Origin: Chiloscyllium plagiosum
Lineage: Eukaryota
Length of the DNA: 64,000 nucleotides
Assembly: GCF_004010195.1 (NCBI RefSeq)
Contig: NC_057753.1
Location: forward strand, 6,940,273-7,004,272
Direction: 5' to 3'
The translations under genes and the position numbers were made by a program. Under the pieces are notes generated by a model. That model worked only from the letters and a program-made list of their open reading frames with translations. It did no database searches and was not told the DNA's origin. Positions 12,110-24,900 of this stretch are shown here, piece by piece (within the stretch, counting starts at the first letter, position 1; each line of letters opens with the position of its first letter).

Positions 12110-13450
12110 GTGGAATGGGTGGAATCAATCCTCTGCTGAAACAGTAGTTTTATTTTAAGTTTTTCAGTACCATTTGCTAGGATCTTAAACCAGGGTTTGG
12201 AACTGCAATTCATCTCTCCCTGTTACTCTTTCTCTCAGAATTTTCTCTTTTTTTTTCTTTTGAACTGGATAATTGCATGTGAGATTATTTATTTTACTGA
12301 CTACATCTTTGACAAGTGCACGTTTATGAGGTGTTACTAAATTGGAATAGTCACTGTTTAGTGGTGAAGTAATCTATTATTCTGTTAGGTTTTCCAATTG
12401 AGTTAAGCTAATCCATTTTGTTACGTCGTGTTTATATTTTAACTACTGTGTATGAATAGAATGTGTTTTGTTTCAAGACTGGTAGATTAACCAATCTGAT
12501 TGGATCCGGAATGCAAAGCCTGACAAAGCCTTTATTACAAGACAACATTAGATTCTAAATTTAATATATTCTAATGAGATCTGCTTTGATCCATAACAAG
12601 CTTGGACTCGTCCGGGATTAAAATCTTTATAATTCCCGATTGTATTTAGGATTATTGGATGTTAAAACAGTGAGTGGCGAGTTGTTGCTTTTTTTTTTTT
12701 CATTTTGATGTTGCATTCCATTGTTTAAAACAGAGTGTGGTTTGTATAATAATGGCTTGTTCAGTCACAAAGACGTTTCTGCGAGTGGGAAAAATCTTCT
12801 CTTGAGGAGTTTTACAGGCAGTGAACTGGGCAAAACTTTTGGAATTGACAAAAAAGAACTGGAGTTTAGTTGCTTACGTTTGTGAGAAAAAGCGAAAATA
12901 TTTGTGGCAATTAGAAGGCATTTAAAATGAATATTAATGGAATTGGAATCTTGGTAGAGCTAAAATGCAAATGAAAATGAAGCAGCTGGAGTTGGCAGCA
13001 AAAAAAAACACTCAACAAAGAGAAAAGGAAATGAAACAATTTTAATTCCGATTAAAAGCAGAGAAAGAAAATGAATCGAAAGCTCCAGCAGTAAAATAGG
13101 AGAAAATACAAGAACAATTGGAGAAAACGAGAGTTTTGGGTATTCAGATCTTGGAACTCCAAATTAAATGTTTACTTGAAGTAACGGAAGCTGAAGGTGA
13201 AAACTGGGATTAGTGACGAGGACAGTGATGAAGAAAAATCCCATCGCAACCAAACCTGCTGAAGTATGACCAAACGCTGCCTAATCTTTACAAGAAAAAT
13301 TTCATTTCTTTTTAGAAAGAGGCGAAAGATATGAAATGACCAGTGACTATGTGACTCCTTTTTGATCCAAACAAGGTTGATACCTGGGGAGTTGAATGAG
13401 ATGAAATATGCTACCTCAAGTGTATATGAGCTAATTCCAGCAGCAAAATA
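12110..13450 (+). mobile_element. Gypsy (Gmr1-like) LTR, tRNA-Pro PBS and decayed gag
   Basis: LTR-like end GATCCATAACA at 12598 followed by TTGGACTCGTCCGGGAT (resembles Pro PBS TGGGGGCTCGTCCGGGAT); decayed gag with E/K-rich coil, F.SF.K.A..M.WP and YELIP. 5' boundary approximate. Confidence 0.7.
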
Positions 13451-16066
13451 TACAGTGTCCTACTCGGGAAGTGCAAACAGACGATCTATTCTTGTGAAAT
13501 AGAACAAGACAGGTGATTGAGTTGGCAGTGGGGACGCTCTTTGGGACCAGTGACCCCAGTTTTATTAACGTTAAGGTAGATACGAAGATGGAAAAAAACT
13601 GCTCCACAGGTTCAATTTCTAAATTGGAGCAAGGCGAATATTCATGGAATTCGACATGAGCTCGGAGGGTTTGATTGGAGTAGCTGGTCTGCAGGCAAAG
13701 TGACCTCTGGCAAGTGGGAGACTTTTGAATGTGAGGTAGCTAGAGGCCAAGGTCTTTATGTTGCTGTGAGGGTGAAGTACAAGGTTGGCAGTGAAAGGGA
13801 AACTTGGATAACATATCGTGACTTTGATCGGAAAAGAAAAACAATGAGGATGTATGTCTCAGGGAAAGGCAGCTGGAATCAAGTGAATCCCTTGAGATGT
13901 ATTGGGGATATTATTGTTTACTGAAGGAAATCAGAGGACGAAAAGGGGGCACGAGATTGCCTTGGGTGGGAAGAATAGTGTGAAACCAAGAATGTTTCTA
14001 AGGATATTAAAGAGAAAAGAAAACTAGAGAGTGAATATTCCCCCTCAAAGGCAAAGGTGGACATGCATGTGTTGACCCACAAAACAAGGGTGAGGTCCAT
14101 AATGAATACTTCTCCTCTGCGTTTACTGTGGAGAAAGACATGAAGACTTGGGAACCTGGGGAAGCCTGTGGTCAATTCTTGGCGACAGTCTATATCATTG
14201 TATTGAAGGTGGATAAATCTCCTGACCCTGGTCAGATATATTCAAGAACACTGCAAGAGGCTAGGGAAGAAATTGTGGTGATCCTGGCTAATAATTTTGC
14301 ATCGATGGTTAGCCACAGGTGACGACCTGGAATACTGGAGGAAAGCGAATGTTGTTCCTTTACTCAAGAAGAGCTGCAAAGAAAACCCTGGGAACTATAG
14401 ACCAGTTATCCTAATATCTGTGATGCTACTTGATAATATTCTGAGTAATAAGGTGTACATGCATTTGGAAAGACAGGTTTGATTAGAAGCAGTCATTGCG
14501 ACTTTGTGCGTGGGACATCATGCCTCAGATATTTGTTAGAGATCTTTGATGAAGTGACCAGGTAGGTTGATGTGGCCAGGGCTGTCGACGTTTCGATATG
14601 GATTCCAGTAAGGTCTTTGATAAGATTCCACAGAGAAGGCTGTTCTGAATGTTAGATCTCTGGAATCTAGTGCAGCTGGCAAATTGGATACACAATTGGC
14701 TTGATGGTCGGAAGCAAAGGTTAGTGTCATGATGCTTGTCGGACTGGAGGCCTGTGACTTCTGGAGTGCCTCAGGAATCGGGGCTGGACCCATTGCTGTT
14801 TGTTATCTATATTAATAATTTGAATGAACACGCACGAGATGTCACTAGTACGTCTTCGGATGACACTGAAATAGATGGTATCATGGATAGTGAGGAACGT
14901 AACTAAAAATTGCAGCAAGGCATTGATCAGCCCGGAAGTGGACTAAGAAACAGTAAATTGACTTTAATATAGGTAAGTGTAAGGTCTTGCATTTTGGAAA
15001 CTGAAATTAATGTTGGAGAACCGTGGTGAATGGATGGACCTCAACGATTGCAGTGGAACAGAGGGACCTTGGTGTTCAGATGCATAGTTCACTAAACGTG
15101 GAGTCACAGGTAGACAGGACAGCGAAGAATGCTTTTGACACATCAGTTAAGCATTGAGCATCGAATGGAGAGAATGCAGAGAGACATAGATAGGATGCAG
15201 AGCTGGGCTGAGAGGTGGCAAATGGAGTTTAATGTGGACAAGTATGAGGTGACACACTTTGGACGGAGTAATCGGAATGCAAAGTACTGGGCTAATGGTA
15301 ATTTCTTGGGAGTGCAGATGAGCAAAGAGATCTCAGTGTCCATGTACACAGATTCCTGAAAGTTTCCACCCATATTGACAGGGTCGTTAAGAAGGCATAC
15401 AGTGTTTTGGCCTTTATTACTAGAGGGATTGAGTTCCAGAACCAGGAGGTTATGCTGCAGCTGTACAAAGCTCTGGTACGGCCACACTTGGAGTATTGTG
15501 TACAGTTCTGGTCACCACATTATAAGAAGGATGTGGAAGCTTTGGAAAGGTTAGTATAGGTGGGATGGGCTTCAGATTAGTATGACAGGGCGCAACATCG
15601 AGGGCCGAAGGGCCTGTACTGCGCTGTAATGTTCTATGTCCTATATGTTCTATGTTCTAATCTAGAACTTTTGTCTTCAGAGCATCGGAGTCTGAGTAAC
15701 GGTCTTGAAGAAGTATATCGGATTATGAGAGGCATGGATAAGGGGAATGCACTTAGTCTTTTTTCCCAGGGATGGGAAATCGAAGACTAGAAGGCATTGG
15801 TTTAATATTTGAGGGGAAATAATAAAAGGGAACCTGAGGACGGATTTTTTACAAAGAGAGTGTTACACATATGAAATGAGCTGCTGGCAGAAATGGTTGA
15901 GGTAGGTAAATTAACAAAATTTAAAGGGCATTTGGAAGATTACATGAATAAGAAAGATTTAGAAAAATATGGGCTAATTGCTGTTAGCAGAGGTGGGCAT
16001 TTCTTTCAACATGGACCAGTATGTACCAAAGTGCTGTCGGACTCTATGACTCTTTATGACTCTAAG
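13450..16066 (+). mobile_element. Degenerate CR1 ORF2 containing a younger nested CR1 fragment (about 15165-15660)
   Basis: KSPDPGQIYSRTLQEAREE, ANVVPLLKK..PGNYRPV, 3' tail ACTCTATGACTCT; nested piece MQRDIDRMQSWAERWQMEFN..HLEYCVQFW with (ATGTTCT)n tail and an internal deletion. Confidence 0.85.
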
Positions 16067-16079
16067 TCTAGCGACAATG

Positions 16080-17390
16080 TTTCAAGAATCTGAGAAAGAC
16101 AGGCCAAACACACATAGAATTTTAAAGGTAAAACCAAATATGTTCGATAGGTGGAAAACGATTAATTTGTAGGAGTTCAATCATACACTTCCTGAAGTAT
16201 TCAGTGTTAGTGTGGAGAAGCAGAGAGTTAAGATTGCAAAACAAACGGCAGAAGTATCTGATGATCATGATTTGATTCATAAAACAAACGTCAGACGTCA
16301 GTTGCATTCTGTGAAGTTTATAAATTGGGGATAGAGAAGTTCTCAAGCGTTAAGGGAGAAGAAAATCTCTTTGAAAATAGTAAAGGTTGTTTCTCACAGG
16401 GTAAAAAGGATTCAAAGAACGCGAAAAGTACGCAGAAATATGCTTAGGTGCTTTAACTAAAATGAAGTAGGCCACATAAATTTGCAGTTTTGATTGTCAA
16501 TGAAAACAAAATAATGCAAGATGGATGTAATGAAAATAGGACAAACCAGTGAGCTTTGTTGCATTAGGATAGGAAAGCATGGTGGAAGGTAAAAAACAAA
16601 ACTGCAAAGGAATGTACAAGGTGGTCAGCCGTTACTTGACAGGAAAGTGCCAGATCTCTTTAAGTAATTTAGTGCACGGGATGGTTTATTCATGTATGTC
16701 AGGAGGAGCAGGTGGAAAAATTAAAATTTGAATACACAAGTCAATCATTGATCGTGGAAAATCAGAAGGCTTTCAGAAAGAGCATTGTAATAAAAAAAGT
16801 GCAAAATGTGGAATATATATTGAAACCAAACCTTTTAATTTATATAGTGTGAAGTTGGAGGGCCCGATGGAAAGTGAAGAAGTGGTGGTCAGAGCGATAG
16901 CGAAATTCTTGGAACTAGAAATGCAGGTTATGTTTAGTACTGACATTATTGCAGTACAGATGGTGTAATGCATCTTATTGTTCTAAAACCAGTGGAAAAT
17001 CAAGCAATCGAGGTGTTACAGGAAATATATCCTGGGAGTTTTTCTTCATTGTGTGTTAACAAGGTCAGAAACGCACAGACTGAAACAGGAGAGGAAATCA
17101 AGAACTAAAGATAAAGAAAGTGAGGCTGAATGATCAAAGACTATGCATAATCAAGTATTTGAAAAATAAACACTCAAGAAGAGGTGAGGGATAACTTGAT
17201 ATTTTAGTTCAGATAAATTAGTGGCATTTCAACGAAAAGATTAAAAAGAAATATAACAATCGTATAAAAATCATAGACAGGACAGGGATCTATGTGTATC
17301 CGATATATTAATATTTAAATGACGTCTTGATGAAAAAATACCGACTAACACTTCAGCTGACAGTGAATCAGAGTTTCAAAAACTTACGAT
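16080..17390 (+). mobile_element. Continuation of decayed Gypsy gag/pro region
   Basis: Collinear decayed similarity to gag C-terminus (EKAKH, LLEEF..S), the knuckle region GTAGGCCACATAAA and the post-protease region seen in the elements at 36265-45712 and 52120-53938. Confidence 0.5.
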
Positions 17391-20104
17391 TTCTAATAAA
17401 CCTGATGGAATGTAACCTAGTTTTGTGTGACGTCTGACTGTAAGCAAATCTCATGTAAAGTAATAAGGAAACTGGCAATCTCAGAGAGGAACTAGACAAG
17501 AGAACTCAAACCAATTGACTGGGAATTAGATCACTCTCTATGTTTCCTGGCAATGTGGAAGTAAAAGGGACATGAGGCAGATGACAGATATCAGTTTTAC
17601 CAAGATAAATGGAGGCCAGCACCCTTTCATGTAATTGAACGGCTTGCGTGCCTGACGACCTAAGTCTCAGCCCCATTACAGGTACTATTGAGATAGAAAC
17701 GAGAAAATCTACGCTTAGAAGAAAGTGTTTGGAAGGAGGTAGGAAAGTATTTTAGAATGTGAACAGTGTGGTAGTGTACAAAGAAACAAGAAGACAACTC
17801 TACATTAGAATGGAAATCTTGATTCAGTATTTTATTAGGGGAAGAAATACCTTATTTTGGGCCATGATTTCCTTAAGTGCATATAAGTCATCGATCTAAA
17901 TGTAGTCTGTGCTCTGATCTTCAATACATTTGTTTTTGTTCTTTGGTTGTGAAATATTGCTTTCGATATATTGGTAACTGTTTTTGAGATTTCGAACCAG
18001 TTTTAATTTTAACTTGTTTTCCTTCTCCCATAATGCCCATGATCTCAGAAAATTGTAGCTCGGAGGTCTGTATACATTTTGCTCTTCTTTTTCTGCAAGT
18101 TATAGGAGTTCATCTTTGGTGTTTATGGAGTTTTATAATGATGCAAAAGTATTTCAGTGTACGTCTTTCAGTCGAATGCCAATCAGCATTCACGTTGCAG
18201 CTCGCGATATAATATTTAAATTTGGCATTTTTGTTGTGGTATTATGAAACTCTGAGATAAAACAAGAGAGTTATGCTGAAAGGCAAATTAATTAGAGCTG
18301 TGATGTCATAGTATTCGGTCTTGTTAAAAAAGGTATCAGCAGTTCTGAAAAGCTGCTATGATACATTTGTTAGAGTCAGAATGACAAAGGTATACCTGTG
18401 AGAATTTGCCTCTTAGTTTTATTAATTAAATAAAGTCAAATGGGTGAAAAAAGATTCACGATAAATGAAGAACTGCATTTCCTCAATTCCCTTAAATGAT
18501 TGACTATACAATTTGTCATTAGATTCAGGGAAAAGTTTTAGACAAACAGTTGCCTCTAAAACGTTTAAACCTGAATTGAAAAATTTAGGATTCCATTTTC
18601 TGGCCTCAGCAAACTTCGAGATACTTCAAGAAGTATTTTACTCCGAATAATTTCGTTTTTTCAAAACAAATATTTCTTTGTCTGAACTGGCATTTCAGTT
18701 CAAAGAACGGGTATTTGAATTTTTAGTATTGGAGCATAAACATTGGAAGATTACATTTCTTTGAATAAAGTCAGTATTCTTTCAATTACCGTTATTAAAG
18801 GGACAAAAAGAAGAAACAATGAGTAATTCGATGTCATATTTTTGCATTTCTTAATGGAAGAAACATAATACTTAACTTTCGCTGAAAGGAAAATGTGTTA
18901 TGTGACATAATCATGCCCAATTTTTGTCCTGCATGCTATTTTTCAAGCAGATAATTATTGAGATCAGAACGTCTACTGTGATAACTTTAACTCTTTTGTA
19001 TTTCGACACCATGAAGTTGAAGCCACAGAAATAGAAATGCGTTAGATATTACCACAATTAATTTATTTAAGACTCACAAGGAATTGTATTCTAAAATATT
19101 AAAATGTATTGCAGGAAAATAATAAAACAAGTTGTCTGGAATGCCCAGAAGGAAAAAAAAAGACGAGTCTTTAAGGCGCCAAAAATCCTGTGAGATAAAA
19201 TGAAAGCGAACTACCGGTTTTAATTTATGGAAATAATGTTTGAAATAGATTTCTGTGATTACACAATTTCCCTTCTTAAGCAATATACTTAGCAATTAAC
19301 GATATGTATGGATGTTTTTCTAATTTTAAGAACGATGTTGGTATACTGGCCAAGTATAAACAATGTCTTTTTGGAGATATCGTGATAATAATTTCAATCA
19401 TGCATTGATATAGATAACTTTGGGACTCTAATTCTACCTATATTATGTGAACAGATTTTAGAATTTCACTGTATCGGTCCCACAAACAGCAGCCCGAATA
19501 GAAACGACTTTGAAATGAATTTTTCTTAACAGTAATCAAATCTAACTGAGGCTTGTTTAAAAGGGGCTGTTTTCATAATGCTGATGAATCTATTCTAACG
19601 AAAATGAATAAACTGCCAGGCACATACCATTCCCTTCACGCTTTGCTGGATAGTATATTGCAATGTGGACTCGGGAAGCCTGAATTAATATTTGAAGTGA
19701 GTGTGCAATTTATTGGACAAAATGCAGGATGCAACTTTCTTTGTGGGAAAAATTTCAGACAGAAGACAAACATGCAGACAGGACATGCAAAGTGACCTGG
19801 AAATGAAGGTTTCTTTCAGAGAAAGACTTTTTGATTTAAATATTAAACGCAACCAGTTGAATACCATCAAATTGCATTGTAAGAAAAAAAAACATAAGTC
19901 TCAGGCATATAACGTTTAAATCAAAATCAGATGCAAGTGACAGTATCCTTCAGAATTCCTCAGGAGTAATGCATGCAATTTCCTCAAAAGTGACTTGTTT
20001 GGTGATACGTAGATTTTCTTTCATTCATAATTATCCAATATTCCATATGGTAACAATGGACTCGAATGATAAAACCGTGCCAAGTCCCAGCAGTGATGTT
20101 GAAT

Positions 20105-20325
20105 TGACAAAATCAGAACGTGCTGGAGAAGCTCAGCAATCTGGTCGTTTCTGCAGAGATAGAAGTAGATTTAACGTTTCGAGTCCAGTAAGCCTTAATC
20201 ACATATTCTGGTGAAAGTTCAGGAGTCTCGAAAACATAATTCAGTTTTACAATCTGCAGATTTTGCCAGATATTCTGAGTGTCTCTAGAACCTCCTGGTT
20301 TTGAGTCAAGGTTTCAGCATCCAAG
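20105..20325. repeat. Degenerate palindromic Penelope-derived MITE-like repeat
   Basis: GCTGGAGAAGCTCAGCA..AACGTTTCGAGTCC followed by the inverted CTCGAAAAC..CTGAGTGTCTCTAG. Confidence 0.55.
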
Positions 20326-21560
20326 TTTATGTTTTTAAAGAAATCCTGTTGTTGATGTGACAGGTTTAATTAGTGGCCAATTAACTTCTTCCCAAACAAC
20401 ATTTGCCATTTTGATATTAATGAGAAACCCACATCTTGTCCCCATTTACTCTTTTTCAATTATTTTTTAAAAACTCCTAATTCACCAATCAAATAAACTA
20501 TTGCATTCTTGAGAAAGTAATTTTTATCGAATTATTTCATCAATCCCAGTTTCTGAAGCAATTATGACTGTGCTTGTTGATTTTAAATTGCTATTTTGTG
20601 TTGAAAATGCAAGTGACCACGGGCAGTTCAGCATCGCTCATTTTCAATGACGCTGTCACTGAAAAGTGAACTCTCTATGTTCTGGAAACACATTTGAAGA
20701 ATAAGAACACAATTTACTATGGCTCGGGAAGAAATCCGGTGTGTTAATTAAAATATTTGTAAACATGCAAATCAAGAATTTGATCTAATTCAAAATCATG
20801 TATTTTGCCACAAAGCAATGTGTAATGAATTGAGCGAAGCCCAAATTATCAGGTGACGTCCTGATATACTTCATATGCTCTGTTAATAAAAACATGTCAT
20901 AATCTTCCGGAAACTTCAAACTCCATTTTGAAATTTCGAGAAGAAATCATAAATAACTCAAGATTCAAACATTCATATACAGCTTCCCCATGGCTTGAGA
21001 ACTTGTCACACTTCGTTTCATTTTTTCTGTTAAATTCCACAACATAATATTTTGATTGGCTTTCTTCTTTTTACAAAAGGAAGCACTTTGTAAAACTTGT
21101 CAATGCGATATGGTTTTAATGGCCCGAATGGATGATACTTTTGGACTATTCCCTGTTCAGTAATGATTTCTCTGGAATGTAAGGAATACACTCGTATAAA
21201 CGTTTTGACAACTTGCTATGAAAATAATCCGGGGTTTATATGGGTATACTTCAATAACACTGCCAGAGCGAAATTTTTGATCTCTTACTCAGCCATGTCT
21301 CAGAGTTCAATTTTCCCCAAGCGTTCCAGATCCTGAGTGACTATGCATTTTACTTTGTCACAGCACATTGGGATCGAACAGTGAGGGAGCTGCTTTCAAT
21401 TATGTTCAAAGGTTGCTTTTCTTTCGTTGCGGGGTAGCTGCTCTCTGTTTACACAATCCTGCTTGGCAGTCTTTGAATTTTCGTAAGTCAGAGAAATGTG
21501 CTTATTTTACATTCTGTTGATTTGCCCTGCTGCTGTTTTACCAATTCTCACCAAATGTTA

Positions 21561-21854
21561 GACAATAGACAATAGACAATAGGTGCAGGAGTAGGCCATT
21601 CAGCCCTTCGAGCCGGCACCGCCATTCAATATGATCATGCCTGATCATTCCTAATCAGTATCCTCTTCCTGCTTTATCTCCATAACCCTTGATTCCACTA
21701 TCTTTGCTGCTAGAGTGTCCAATCCTTTCATAATCTTATACGTCTCAATCAGATCCCCTCTCAGTCTTCTAAACTCAAGGGTATACAAGCCCAGTCGCTT
21801 CAGTCTTTCAGTGTAAGGTAATCCCGCCATTCCAGGAATTGACCTCGTGAACCT
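21561..21854 (-). mobile_element. Short CR1 3' fragment, same subfamily as 1-731, internally deleted
   Basis: Near-identical to the reverse complement of about 253-399 joined to about 596-731; (TAGACAA)n tail; flanking ATGTTA direct repeat at 21555-21560 and 21855-21860. Confidence 0.9.
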
Positions 21855-21939
21855 ATGTTATTTTTGGTATCCAAGTATACAGCACACAAACAGTTTTTAC
21901 TACTGCATGAGAAGATAGGTAGAAATAAGAGGGGAATAC

Positions 21940-24900
21940 TAACTGAATTATGCATGATGTAAATTAGGAAATGCGGTTCCGATTAAAAAACAATTTTGTT
22001 GGCTGAATCCGCCAAAGTTGGTACACAGTCAAGAGGAGATTGAAAGCATGCTCCAAGACGACATAATCAAAGTGAGTTGCAGTGGCTGGAGCTCACTCTC
22101 AGTAATGGTAGTAAAATCACATGGTACCACACGGTTCTACCACGAAGTTAATGCCGTTACAAAGTCTGATTCATGTCCGATTTCACGTTTGGATGACTAT
22201 GCTGAACAGACGGGACACAAATTATATTTGTAAATTGGTCTCGCTCAGAAGGTACTGGCAGATACATTTATCTGAAAGAGTGAAGACAGTTTCAACTTTT
22301 GTAACGCCACATCGACTGCATCAATTCAAATTCATGTCATTTGATATGAAAAACGCAACAGCCATGTTTCAAAGATTAACCAATAATGTAATTTCCAGAT
22401 TAACCATTTGTGCATTTTACATTGATGACGCAGGAAAGGAACATTTGCAACATTTTACAGAATTATTCATTCGACTTCGGGAGGCAGGCTAATGAAAATT
22501 CGGAAAGTGCAGTGCCAAAAAGTACATCATGTGAGGCAGCATACGAGGAACAGGACAGTCGACTTTTCAAACATAAGCCCTTGGTCAGGGTCCCTTGTGA
22601 AGGGCTTATGCTGGAAACGTCTACTCTCCTGCACCTGGAATGCTGCTGAGCTGCCATGTTTTTCTAGCAGCACGTTTTTCGACTCTCACTCACCAGCATC
22701 TGTATTCCTAACTTTATACTAAGCTTTATGATAAACCTGGCGAAGATTAGTTTTGATAAAGCTCAAGTTACCTTCCTGGATCATATTATTGGACATGGAC
22801 AAATGACCCCATGGAATGCAAAACAACAAAGGTATTTGGAGAGTTTCCCAAGCCATCGACATAAGGAGCAGTACTACTGCTCCTCGAACCGAGTGGAGTT
22901 CATTGGAAATCCGTCAGAAATTTTAGCAATATGGTTGCTCCACTCGCTGACTTATTAAACAAAGGCGAGAATTTTCAGCGAACAGCGGATTGTCAGTACA
23001 CATTTGACAACTTGAAAGTTGTGTTTACAACTGTCCCTGTGTTAGCCACACATAATAGCACAAAGCTATTCAAGGTGGCTATCGAGGCGAGTGATGTGAT
23101 ATACTCTTAAAGGCAGATGACAAGACGATAAAAAGACCTATTAGATATTTCTCCACAAAAATAAACATTCATCAACAGAAATTGGACTCCACCGGAGGGT
23201 CCCTGCCCTGGGCTTGACATTTATGCTCAAACCATCAGGAAATATATAAATGCCAGATTCATCAGCCGCACTCACAATGTAGACCAAAACATCATCTGAT
23301 CACAACACAACGCCATACATGCTCTCAAAAGCAATCACAACATTGTCATCAAACCAAAAGAAAAAGGTGGAACCGTCGTCATTCAGAATAGAACAGATTA
23401 CTGCAAGGACATGTACCAATAACTGGACCACCAGGAACACTACAGGCAACTACTGGCCGATCCATCGAAACAATACACCCGTGAACTAAACACATTGATC
23501 ATGACGTTTGATCCAGTCCTTCAGAGTTTTCTACGCACCATCATCGCACGTACGTCTCACGTAAATGACATCTACTGCCTTACAAAGATTCGCAAAACCA
23601 ACACACCAGGACAACCCATCGCACCAGGCAATGGGACCCTGCGTGAGAACCTCTCTGGCTACGTCGAAGGCATCTTGAAACCAATTATACAGGGGACCCC
23701 CAGCTTCGGTCGTGACTCTACAGATTTCTTACAGAAAGTCAGTGCCCATGGACCAGTCGAACCAGGAACATTCCTCGTCACAATGGACGTTTCAGCACTC
23801 TACACCAGCATCCCCCACAATGATGGCATTGCATCAACAGCCTCAGTACGCAACATCAACAACTGCCAATCTCCAAGCACTGTCCTACAACTCATCTGCT
23901 TTTCATCTCGATCACAACATTTTCACCTTTGACAACCAGTTATTCATCCAGACGCACAGAACAGCCTTGGGGAACAAATGTGCACCCCAATATGCCAATA
24001 TTTTCACGCACATGTTTGAAGAAGACTTCTCCTCTACGCAGGACCTCCAACCATACACCAGGTACATTAATGACATTTTCTTCCTCTGGACACATGGCGG
24101 GGCGTCATTAAAAAACTACACAGTGATATCAACAAGTTTCATCCCAACATCAAACTCACCATGGACTACTCTCTACTACCTGTCACATTCTTGGACACAT
24201 GTATCTCCACCAAGGTGGGCATCTTAGCACCTCACTCTATTGCAAACCCACGGATAATCTCACGATGCTACACTTCTACAGTGTCCACCCTTAACACATT
24301 AAAACAGCTATCCCCTATTGGCAAGCCCTAAGCAAACAGAGGATTGATTCAGATGAGGAGGAATGTGATGGGCACCTGAAATTACACAAGGATGCCCGTA
24401 TAAGAACGGGTTACGATGCTCAACCATCGACCATCGACCACCGAATTGCCACAGCGAGAAAATATCATGATCTCTCCAGGAGATAGGCACGAGCTGCAAA
24501 CGACAGCGTACTCTTCATTTGTCCAGTACTTTCCAGAAGCCGAAAAACTATGCCACCTTCTTCTCAGCCTGCAACACATTATCAATGAAGATGAGCACTT
24601 CGCCAAGACTTTTTCCACACTTCCCGCTCTCACCTTTTAACAACCACCAAACCTCAAACAGATCATTGTTCGTAACAAACTACCCACCTTTCAGGACAAT
24701 ACTATACAATCTTGCCACGGTAGACACTGCAAGACGTGTCAGAGTGTCGATCCGGATACTACCATTACGCGTCTGGACACTTCCCACTGTGTACGTGCCA
24801 GGTACCTTGTGACTCAGCCAACGTTGTCTATCTCATACACTGCATGAAAGGATGCCCTGAGCCATATTACATTACCGAGACCATGCAGAGGCTACAGCAA

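Noticed and set aside
17400-20100. Long unassigned AT-rich stretch with short ORFs
   Set aside because: I could not recognise coding or repeat homology by eye; left uncalled rather than declared empty.
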